From Clostridia bacterium (GTDB lineage Bacteria; Bacillota; Clostridia; TANB77; CAG-465): a stretch of 44,361 nt of DNA. Both the position numbers and the translations under genes were made by a program. Positions 1-7,376 of the stretch are shown here, piece by piece (position 1 is the first letter of the stretch; every line of letters begins with the position of its first letter). The notes under the pieces were generated by a model, which worked only from the letters and a program-made list of their open reading frames with translations, did no database searches and was not told the origin of the DNA. The stretch spans positions 1 to 44,361 of the forward strand of contig JAFVCY010000061.1 in the NCBI GenBank assembly GCA_017478805.1. The letters run 5' to 3'.

Positions 1-198
1 AAAACTCAAGCTCTAAACTTTGTTAGCAGTCCTAATTTTATAGTCTACAACATTGATGACTTAAAAGAAGGCTATGCTATGGAGTGTAGGAAGAAAAACT
101 TACCTATTTTGGGTTACACTGCAAGAACTGAAGAGCAGCTTAAGAAAGCAAAAGAGCTTTGTGATGGAATTATTTTTGAAGAAATAGCAGTTACGTAG
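1..198 (+). CDS. 3' end of an upstream CDS (partial); C-terminus weakly resembles the glycerophosphodiester phosphodiesterase family
   Basis: Frame 1 is open from nt 1 to TAG 196-198 (..NLPILGYTARTEEQLKKAKELCDGIIFEEIAVT*) and a terminator follows. The family guess rests only on the C-terminal YT...DGII pattern. Confidence 0.4.
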   Translation, partial: KTQALNFVSSPNFIVYNIDDLKEGYAMECRKKNLPILGYTARTEEQLKKAKELCDGIIFEEIAVT

Positions 199-233
199 AA
201 AAAAGACATGGATTTATTCTCCATGTTTTTTCT
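199..233 (+). terminator. Rho-independent terminator of the upstream gene
   Basis: A-run, stem ACATGGA 206-212 / TCCATGT 220-226, then a T-run from 226. Confidence 0.7.
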
Positions 234-261
234 TTACATTTAATATCTCATATGATATAAT
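233..261 (+). promoter_or_regulatory. Sigma-A type promoter for the gene at 329
   Basis: TTTACA (233-238), 17-nt spacer, extended -10 TGaTATAAT (253-261). Confidence 0.65.
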
Positions 262-328
262 CTCACTGAAATATATAGAAATTTAAGACTAATTTAATAA
301 TTATTCTTTATTTAAAGGAGGCATTAAT

Positions 329-1820
329 ATGTCATTTGATAGAACTATTCTTTTAAAAGAGCTTATTCCGGTTAGCTATAGTTTTACAGGATATGAAGCT
401 GAAAACATTGAAAATACAGGTAAAAATGAACTTTTTGGCAATTATACAATTGATATAAAAGGGCATAATGCAAGTGTTTGGTATCATGGAAATTCAATAT
501 CTATTTATTTTCCTGAAAATTACAAAAATGGACGCTTTTTACCACCAGATTTTAATAGCTTTGCAATTAATATAGATCAGCTTGCATATGAACTTAATAA
601 ATCTTTAAAAGAAGGTAGTGCTTATGTTTCGTTTTTGGTTTTTAGTAAATACAAAAGAGAAAAAGAATTTGAATTATTTACAATTACATTTGATTATGTA
701 GAGGCTAAAAAAGCATTTTTCTACTATTTTGGATTAATCTATAACGATGATGAAACGTTCAAAATAGCTTCATTAGAAAAGGAAGATATACCTTTTATGT
801 TTGATTACGAGGAAGATTTTAGCTTTGATAGATTTTCTCTTTTAAGGGAGCTTGTTCCAATAAAATACTATTTTTCAGGTTATTCAGAATATGATACAAA
901 TTTTCAAGATTACAAAAAGAATCCACTATTTCATACTCATAAAATTGTGGTAAGAGCTCATAATATCCACTTTTTTTTATAAATGCTGTGAAAACGAAGA
1001 GTCTGTAACTGTACATTTTGGCAAAATAGAATACTCATTTACCACTTTTTCAGATTTAGTGATAGAAATGGAGGACTTCTTGCAAAAATTTGCTAAAGCC
1101 TTAGAAAAATATTCATCTTCTATTGATATAAAGTTTAAGGTAAACACAAAGATGTCTTCAAATTTCGAAACTTGTGATTACTTTGCAATTTCATTTGATT
1201 ATGAAGATGTAAAAAAAGCCCTTTTGTACTACTTCGGACTAATCTATAACGATGACAATACAGTAGTACCTGCAGATAGGAAGTTTATTAATGAAAAATA
1301 TGGATTAGACTATAAAAAAGTTTTACCAAAGTGTGAAAAAAGTCAGCCATATGTTAATGATAGTATTTCAGATGAAAAAATCGATACTGAAAAAACGGAG
1401 AAAATTTCAGCTGAAGATGAAAAGGATGACTATTTAGATGACCTAAAGTCACTTATTCCTTTTATTCTAGCTGGAAATGATGCACAAAAAAGAAGTCTTA
1501 TGCAACTTTTGGCATTCAAATCAGTAAGTAAAAAAACAGATATTGCAAGGATGATACTTCTTTCACAAATGATAGATGTTCAAAATAACAAAACTACTTT
1601 AGATTACGAAGGCCAGGCATCTTCTATAGATATTTCTTATGCAGATGGAATGCTTTGCACAAAATGTAATATTTTCTACCCTATAGGTACTGAATTTTGC
1701 TCAAAATGTGGAAATAGTACCATTAAGTCAGTGCAGTTTTGCAAAAAATGTGGCTACAAAGCTAGTTTAGGCGATGTTTTCTGTAGAAAATGTGGAACAA
1801 GCCTTACTACCTTAAGTTAA
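329..1820 (+). CDS. Tandem-N-domain, multi-zinc-ribbon protein; reading frame interrupted at a T8 tract (ORFs 329..982 + 1059..1820)
   Basis: ORF 329..982 (RBS AAAGGAGG) carries one full ~140-aa domain and the start of a second copy. The second copy continues without stops in the +1 frame from 954 into ORF 1059..1820 (..RAHNIHFF|YKCCENEESVTVHFGKIEYSF..). That ORF ends in four CxxC pairs (two zinc ribbons). Removing one T of 971-978 gives a single 496-aa protein. Confidence 0.6.
971..978 (+). repeat. T8 homopolymer at the frame break of the 329..1820 gene
   Basis: Read directly: CAC TTTTTTTT ATAAATGC. Confidence 0.9.
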
Positions 1821-1897
1821 TATTCTTTTAATTAAGTTATAACTACTTACAAAAACATGAATTCTATTATGATTTTCATGCTTTTGTTTCATTTTTA

Positions 1898-1926
1898 TTT
1901 ACTTTTTATGTAATGTGTGGTATAAT
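1898..1926 (+). promoter_or_regulatory. Sigma-A type promoter for the gene at 1991
   Basis: TTTACT (1898-1903), 17-nt spacer, extended -10 TGgTATAAT (1918-1926). It overlaps the ATG at 1913 of the ORF track. Confidence 0.55.
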
Positions 1927-1990
1927 AACCATGCAAAAAATTAATCATGATGATGTAATTACTACATCAAGTAAAAAAGGAGGTATTAAT

Positions 1991-3520
1991 ATGCCATTTG
2001 ACAAGAAAAATCTTTTAAGGAAGTTAATTCCCAAAAGCTACAGTTTTGATGGCTATGATGCAGTAGCTATAGAAGATGGAATAAGAGCTCCTCTTTTTTC
2101 TGATCACAGTATAGTAATGAACAATTTTACAGTAGACTTTTTGTACTATCCAGCAAAAGAGTTAGTAATTATAAAGTTTGAGGATAAAGCTATTGGAAGA
2201 CACTTTCAATCTTTTGATAATTACCAACTTAGTATAGATAATTTAGCTAAAATGCTTAAAGAAGCTATTCAAAATGGTGCCGATTTCATATCTTTTCCAG
2301 TTACTGCAAAATGGAATTTTGGGCAAGAGGTAGAAGATGAATATGCAGCTATATCTTTTAACCCATCGGAAGCTAAAGAAGCTCTTGCTTCTTACTTTGG
2401 TATAACTAATCAATCAGGAGGAAAGAAAACTATGAAAAAGAAAAATTCGCTTTTCGGTCTTAATCTTAAGTTCGGTCTGGTGAAAGACTCAAACATCGCA
2501 TCTACCATTATGGGTATTGCAGTAAAAAACGCAGAAACTGGTAACTGGTACATCTACGATAAGGCTGCAGGTACTCGGAAGAACATGGCAAACATAAAGC
2601 TTGGAAGTCTCCCTATCTATATGCTCCCTGTAAAGAAAGAGCAGCTTGCAACAGGTAAACTCATTATGTATAATAATGAATACTGCTTTGTTTACGATGT
2701 TGATCCCTCGAAAAATACCATAAAGATTATGAATGCGGCCGACGGCAATATTCGTGAGGTTATTCCTGAAGACAGCATAATTCCTGGAATGAGCTTCTTT
2801 ACAGAGCTTGTTGCTATGGATATGACTTCCCTTGCAAATCTTGGTGGTCCTAATCAGGGCATTTCGGGAAATATTATGGCAGCTATTTGCCTTATGCAGT
2901 GGTCTAAAGCAGATAATGACGATGAAAGTGAGTTTTCACTTGACGACATCGACGACAGCTCTTTCAATGGTCTCGGCGCGGCACTTCCCCTGCTTATGGC
3001 TGGAAACGGCAACTTAAGTAACAATCTGCTCCCTATCATGATGATGAGCTCTGGAGACGGACAGATGGATACAATGCAGCTTCTGCTGCTTTCGCAGATG
3101 ATGAGTGGCTCTGATCCGAATCTTGCAAATCCTTTCCAGAACATATTCCCTGCTTCAGCTGGCAGTGAATCAAATTCTGCAGGTGGCGACGTTAGATGTG
3201 AAAAATGCAATTCTCTCTATGACGCTGATACCGCTTACTGCCCGAAATGTGGCTCAAAAACAATACCTGCAGGAAGCTTTTGCAGAAGGTGCGGAAACAA
3301 ACTTATAGCAGGCGACCTCTTCTGCAGAAAATGTGGAACAAAAGTTGCAGAAGATAATGTTTGCCCAAGCTGTGGAAAAAAACTTGAGCCGGGCGATGCT
3401 TTTTGCCCTGGATGTGGAACTAACCTAAAAGTCCAGGCTATACCCGTTACTAGCCAGGCAAGTAATGAGAATATAGTAGCAGATACAATATCTGTAGCTG
3501 AAAGTTCTGATGATAAATAA
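1991..3520 (+). CDS. Paralogous N-domain protein with a G/C-richer central region and three C-terminal zinc ribbons
   Basis: Start moved to ATG 1991: GGAGG lies 7 nt upstream and the leader AAAGGAGGnATTAATATG matches the gene at 329. The N-terminus is homologous to both copies in 329..1820 (FDKKNLLRKLIPKSYSFDGY; ISFNPSEAKEALASYFG). Six CxxC pairs sit at the C-terminus. Confidence 0.75.
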   Translation: MPFDKKNLLRKLIPKSYSFDGYDAVAIEDGIRAPLFSDHSIVMNNFTVDFLYYPAKELVIIKFEDKAIGRHFQSFDNYQLSIDNLAKMLKEAIQNGADFISFPVTAKWNFGQEVEDEYAAISFNPSEAKEALASYFGITNQSGGKKTMKKKNSLFGLNLKFGLVKDSNIASTIMGIAVKNAETGNWYIYDKAAGTRKNMANIKLGSLPIYMLPVKKEQLATGKLIMYNNEYCFVYDVDPSKNTIKIMNAADGNIREVIPEDSIIPGMSFFTELVAMDMTSLANLGGPNQGISGNIMAAICLMQWSKADNDDESEFSLDDIDDSSFNGLGAALPLLMAGNGNLSNNLLPIMMMSSGDGQMDTMQLLLLSQMMSGSDPNLANPFQNIFPASAGSESNSAGGDVRCEKCNSLYDADTAYCPKCGSKTIPAGSFCRRCGNKLIAGDLFCRKCGTKVAEDNVCPSCGKKLEPGDAFCPGCGTNLKVQAIPVTSQASNENIVADTISVAESSDDK

Positions 3521-3828
3521 TGGGAATAAACTATTCAAAAAGACTTCCTATATCTACTCAGAAGGTTAAGAAGTGCGAAAGTTGTAAAAAAGTTTTTTCA
3601 GAAGATGCAAACTTTTGCAGTGCTTGTGGAAAGAAACTTATGACTGAAAAATTATCAGTTTACGCAAATATTGGAAAAAATGGTATATCTTCTTTTAGTT
3701 ACAAGCTTCCAAATGGAACTACAATAAATTCCAAAGGAAATATAACTTTAAAGCTTGCAAAGGGAATATCATATACTACAAATTCTAAACCTAAAAAGAA
3801 AAATACGAAGTCTAATGACAAAAATTAA
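3520..3828 (+). CDS. Small zinc-ribbon protein with DUF4236-like flanks
   Basis: ATG overlaps the upstream TAA (ATAATGG), implying translational coupling. It has CESC..CSAC plus MGINYSKRL.. and ..GISSFSYKLPNGTTINSKGNITLKLAKGISYTT, which resemble the DUF4236 repeat pattern (from memory). Confidence 0.55.
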   Translation: MGINYSKRLPISTQKVKKCESCKKVFSEDANFCSACGKKLMTEKLSVYANIGKNGISSFSYKLPNGTTINSKGNITLKLAKGISYTTNSKPKKKNTKSNDKN

Positions 3829-3840
3829 AATTTCAAAAGC

Positions 3841-3874
3841 CACGACTTATGCTATGCATAAGCCGTGACTTTTT
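3841..3874. terminator. Bidirectional terminator between the convergent units
   Basis: Stem CACGACTTATGC 3841-3852 / GCATAAGCCGTG 3856-3867 (one mismatch). T-run follows on the plus strand and a T-rich tail on the minus strand. It overlaps the last codons of 3852..5093. Confidence 0.7.
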
Positions 3875-5093
3875 CCTTATACTCATTAAATTCGTTTCTT
3901 GTAAGACCGTATGTGTAGTAGAGTGAGTTAAAGCTTGGAAGCTCTCTTTTTAGTATTTCACATGCTCTTTTTATGAAATCACAAGAATACACCTCGTTTT
4001 TCACACTTTTGTAATAATAAAGCATTGTAGCAGGAAGCTGGTCAAGACAGGTAAATACTACATTTACTTTTAACTCCTCTGATGCATGTTCTAAATCTTT
4101 TGATATGGATTTAAGTAACATGTCAAAATCTAGATATGAAAACCTTAAACTCCCCTGAAATTCATTAAATACATTAGTCCTATCTTCTACTCCACTATAC
4201 GGAATACTTTTAAGTTCATTTTTTAATTTTCCTGCTCCATGTCTTGTAAAGTAGCACCTACTTACATAATATACATCAACTTTTTCAGTATAATTAATAT
4301 CTTCTAAAATTTCTAGTGCATTTTTTATTCCCGTACTTGAAGATGTAACATTTGGAAATCCTTCTTCGTTATCTTTATCAAGCATTAGTCCCTGACTTCC
4401 TTCAAATACCACACTGTCAAATGCTGATATAATGCTATTTTCTTCTATTTCTATAGTTTTTAAAAATTCATTAGAGTAAAACATAAACATATCTATGTTT
4501 TCTTCATCGGTAATCAGAGCTTGATATTTTTCAGGTAAGTCCTTTAACGTTAGATTATACTCTTCTTTTAGTCTTTTTTGAACATATTCTTCTTGTATAA
4601 TTTTAAGTTTCTTTTTAAGGTTAGTTCTAAATATAAGGTCAGAAACTGTTATTTGATAGCTTAATTTTTTACTTCTTTCTACAGTTTCATTTATTCCAAA
4701 TCCACAACTTCCATGACGTGACATTCCCCTTAAGGTTTCAACAGCTTGATTTATATATACATCCCAAAAAGTAGTAACTAAAGCATGAGGATTAACTATT
4801 ACTTTTGGATTTAATCCAAAACTTTCTTCAAGCTTTTTTCTTTCAAGAACATATTCAGGTAGATTTATTATATAATATCTACTTAAGTATGTCTTAGCAC
4901 CTAAAAATGTACCACTTCCAAAGCTTCTAAATGCATGTCTATTACCATTTGGAGTAACTACAGTATGTGATGCCTGTGCTCCACCAGAAAACCGTACATT
5001 TAAAGTATTATTTTCTTGCGACAAAATATCAGTTATATGCCCTTTTCCTTCATCTCCCCACATACTCCCTATAATTATGCTGCATTTATTCAT
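3852..5093 (-). CDS. Divergent adenylosuccinate synthetase (PurA) family enzyme, substrate probably not the canonical IMP + aspartate
   Basis: PurA motifs occur in the canonical order: SMWGDEGKGH (P-loop GDEGKG), GGAQASHT (cf. GGHNAGHT), FEGSQG (cf. FEGAQG), VTSS, TRHGAG. RBS AAGGAGAG. The Arg-rich GxTTGRRRR loop and the (S/T)KLD guanine motif are altered. Confidence 0.8.
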   Translation of the reverse strand: MNKCSIIIGSMWGDEGKGHITDILSQENNTLNVRFSGGAQASHTVVTPNGNRHAFRSFGSGTFLGAKTYLSRYYIINLPEYVLERKKLEESFGLNPKVIVNPHALVTTFWDVYINQAVETLRGMSRHGSCGFGINETVERSKKLSYQITVSDLIFRTNLKKKLKIIQEEYVQKRLKEEYNLTLKDLPEKYQALITDEENIDMFMFYSNEFLKTIEIEENSIISAFDSVVFEGSQGLMLDKDNEEGFPNVTSSSTGIKNALEILEDINYTEKVDVYYVSRCYFTRHGAGKLKNELKSIPYSGVEDRTNVFNEFQGSLRFSYLDFDMLLKSISKDLEHASEELKVNVVFTCLDQLPATMLYYYKSVKNEVYSCDFIKRACEILKRELPSFNSLYYTYGLTRNEFNEYKEKVTAYA

Positions 5094-5113
5094 TTTGCTC
5101 TCCTTTTCCTTTT

Positions 5114-5139
5114 AAGTAAAAAGGGAGAGTTTTTCTCCC
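5114..5139 (-). terminator. Intra-operon hairpin plus U5 (partial terminator/attenuator) between the vWA and PurA-like genes
   Basis: Minus strand: GGGAGA / TCTCCC stem (5123-5128 with 5134-5139), 5-nt loop, then TTTTT (complement of 5118-5122). Confidence 0.45.
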
Positions 5140-5163
5140 CCTTCATTACTTAAAAAATGGTTA

Positions 5164-6117
5164 TTAAAATACATCAATTTGAGCGTTCTGCTCTATACTT
5201 ACCGCATTTTCCTTAACTATTTCTTCATGCGTTTCTAAAGCGTGAGATACCACATCTCTTGCATATACATCTTCAATTCCGTTTATTACATCTGCTTTAG
5301 GAACACCCTCATACATTTTAAGAACTGATGTTACAAGTTCAGGAAGGAATTCATGGTGAGTTAAATCAAGTGCATGAGAGCCCATAAGCTGTTTCCAGTC
5401 ATTTACAACTCCACTCGAATACCCATTACCTTGTAATATTACATGATAGCAGTAAAACTTTTCTTCTGCCATTTCAAGAAGATCAAGATTTGTGTACTGA
5501 CTTGGCTCGCCACTTAAATCTAAATTTTCTCCAAAAACCTTTTTTAAGCTTCTGCTTGTTATGTATGGTGTTGGATACTCATCTCCAAATGTGAAAAGGA
5601 ATCCCTTTTCTCCTCTTTTATCATAGCAGTCCATCTTTATGCATTTAGCTGCAAAATACCAAGGAAGGATGTAGCTTTCATAATTATTGTAGCCTCCTCT
5701 TTTTTCAAGCCATATTTTTTGAAGCTGGTCGAGCATTCTTAAATCAGCTTCAAACTGCGTTACTTGAAGTGGCGCTTCGTCAAATTCTACATCACCTACC
5801 CCCATAAACATTATATGAGGATTATATGAAACAGCGCTATATGTAGAAGTTATGAGCCGAGGGAACTGCTTGGTTATAAGGTCAAGTAAAAAGAACCCCA
5901 TTGAACCTGTTACATCTTCTGCAAAAATTATTCCTCTTGAATGCGGAGAATCAGGAGAGTCGCAAGCTTCTCTTGGAAGCTTAATCTTTGCCGGATTAAA
6001 CTCATCCTGCATATTTGTCTCCTTAAAAACCTGTGAAGCATTTGTTACGCTGCTCCACTCTTTTCTTTGTGCGTAGTAAGAACGGATTTCTTTTGCACCT
6101 ACTGATCTACCACCCAT
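5164..6117 (-). CDS. von Willebrand factor A (vWA) domain protein
   Basis: IIFAEDVTGSMG (hydrophobic strand plus MIDAS-like DxTGS) and a later FLFTFGDE strand. RBS AGGAGG lies 9 nt before ATG 6117. Confidence 0.7.
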   Translation of the reverse strand: MGGRSVGAKEIRSYYAQRKEWSSVTNASQVFKETNMQDEFNPAKIKLPREACDSPDSPHSRGIIFAEDVTGSMGFFLLDLITKQFPRLITSTYSAVSYNPHIMFMGVGDVEFDEAPLQVTQFEADLRMLDQLQKIWLEKRGGYNNYESYILPWYFAAKCIKMDCYDKRGEKGFLFTFGDEYPTPYITSRSLKKVFGENLDLSGEPSQYTNLDLLEMAEEKFYCYHVILQGNGYSSGVVNDWKQLMGSHALDLTHHEFLPELVTSVLKMYEGVPKADVINGIEDVYARDVVSHALETHEEIVKENAVSIEQNAQIDVF

Positions 6118-6141
6118 AATACTTTTCCTCCTAAATAAAAT

Positions 6142-7197
6142 TTAATTTATGGAAATGCCCATTTCGGCAAATCTCCTCTTTCCAAAGCTTTCTATTACAA
6201 CGTCTTCCCAAGTTTTAAATTCTTCGTAAGCATTTATCTTGATGCTACTTTCAGTAATCCATTTTTTCATTGCCTCCGGAATTTGAAATGCCTTGCTAGA
6301 GTCAAAGTTCAAAAGATTTCTTGCTACCTGCTTTATTGCAAGCAGATCTAAAACATACGAAGAATATCCTGTATTTTTTATTTGCTTTGGAAGTATGCTG
6401 TATATTTCAGCTGGAACTCCAGAAATCTTTTCGCCATAATTGGTAGAGAAAAACCATCCTCCATACACACCTACTATTCTTAAATCACTTACATTAAATT
6501 TGGCTCCTTCTTCTACAAATTTTCCAGGTGCAAAAAAGAGATTATCTACAGTAAGTGCATTATGAGAAATTTTTAAGATTTCTAGATAACACTCAAAATA
6601 GTAAAGTTTAGTAAGAATAGAAGCGACATACTCTGGCTTAATGTATCCACTAAAGTAATTTAATACCTCTCTTAAAGGATAAATCTGGCTTCCGTTTGGA
6701 AGAAGTGACTCTATGACAAAACCTTCCTCTCCCCTAAAATTATTTGAAAGTTTTGGAAACATGTACTGAACATTTTCCCACATACTACGATTTAACTTTG
6801 GAATAAATTTTGTCTTTGAAACGTAATTGTTATAATACTTTTCAAATTCTGGTTTTATAACAAAAATTACACTTTCTTTTGTTACATACATTGTTCCAAT
6901 TTTTATATCATATGAGTAGTCATATTCAAAAATAATCTTTGAGCCATCGTCTTTTATTAAAATCATATTAGAAGAAGTATGATAAGTAACCTCTCCACTT
7001 TCTATCATTTCTACTGCTTTTCTATATAATACTGTTACTTTTTGATTAAGAATAAAGTTCTTTACAGTTGCATATTCTTTTGGTCTAAACCGTTTTAAAT
7101 ATTCATTTTTTTCTTTTTCAATTACGTTTAGGTCTTGTGTGTAAATTTCAAACGGAGAAACTGCACTCATTATTTTTTCTTCGGATTCACATTTCAT
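6142..7197 (-). CDS. Hypothetical protein: N-terminal ~60-aa module shared with 7377..7889, C-terminal region with degenerate protein-kinase-like motif spacing
   Basis: Start moved to ATG 7197 (RBS AAAGGGG 7 nt upstream). Motif spacing resembles beta3-K / hinge / HRD..N / DFG / APE: VIFVIKPEF .. FVIESLLPNG .. ISHNALTVDNLFF .. VGVYGGWFF .. GVPAEIY. The catalytic Asp and DFG are not conserved. The kinase-like fold is an inference. Confidence 0.55.
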   Translation of the reverse strand: MKCESEEKIMSAVSPFEIYTQDLNVIEKEKNEYLKRFRPKEYATVKNFILNQKVTVLYRKAVEMIESGEVTYHTSSNMILIKDDGSKIIFEYDYSYDIKIGTMYVTKESVIFVIKPEFEKYYNNYVSKTKFIPKLNRSMWENVQYMFPKLSNNFRGEEGFVIESLLPNGSQIYPLREVLNYFSGYIKPEYVASILTKLYYFECYLEILKISHNALTVDNLFFAPGKFVEEGAKFNVSDLRIVGVYGGWFFSTNYGEKISGVPAEIYSILPKQIKNTGYSSYVLDLLAIKQVARNLLNFDSSKAFQIPEAMKKWITESSIKINAYEEFKTWEDVVIESFGKRRFAEMGISIN

Positions 7198-7260
7198 GAA
7201 AATTCCCCTTTCTTCATGCAAAATTGTTATTTTGCATTTTTTACCCTTATTACAGCTAGT

Positions 7261-7289
7261 ATTTTACCACACCGCAATTAATATGTCAA
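7261..7289 (-). promoter_or_regulatory. Sigma-A type promoter of the 3-gene operon 7197->3852
   Basis: Minus strand TTGACA (7289-7284), 17-nt spacer, TGgTAAAAT (-10 hexamer at 7266-7261). Confidence 0.7.
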
Positions 7290-7330
7290 CTAAATAATAA
7301 TATTTACCATATATTTTAGTATTTAGCAAA

Positions 7331-7354
7331 TAAAAAGCAGAAGAAAATTCTTCT
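7331..7354 (-). terminator. Short terminator after the 7377..7889 gene
   Basis: Palindrome AGAAGAAAATTCTTCT 7339-7354, followed on the minus strand by GC TTTTT. Confidence 0.45.
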
Positions 7355-7376
7355 ACTTTTTATAATTTACACTTTT

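Noticed and set aside
1856-1890. Possible terminator after 1820 (CATGAA / TTCATG stem plus a T-rich tail).
   Set aside because: It has only a 6-bp stem with a 13-nt loop, which is not convincing.
1913-1990. N-terminal extension MCGIITMQK.. of the 1913..3520 ORF. The MCGI start resembles class-II (Ntn) glutamine amidotransferases.
   Set aside because: ATG 1913 lies inside the predicted promoter (-10 hexamer at 1921-1926) and no amidotransferase-like sequence follows. A strong RBS precedes ATG 1991, and that leader is identical to the one of the paralog at 329.
2832-3308. Overlapping ORFs 2832..3017 (+), 2854..3210 (-) and 3105..3308 (+).
   Set aside because: They occur only where the host gene becomes G/C-richer, so stop codons are rarer. 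They have no RBS and no motifs, and the main frame carries clear zinc-ribbon repeats.
3852-5093. The PurA-like gene as a phage PurZ, implying 2-aminoadenine (Z-genome) biosynthesis.
   Set aside because: There is no phage structural or replication gene and no DatZ/MazZ-like partner nearby. The context is a chromosomal vWA/kinase-like operon. The resemblance is kept only as an analogy.
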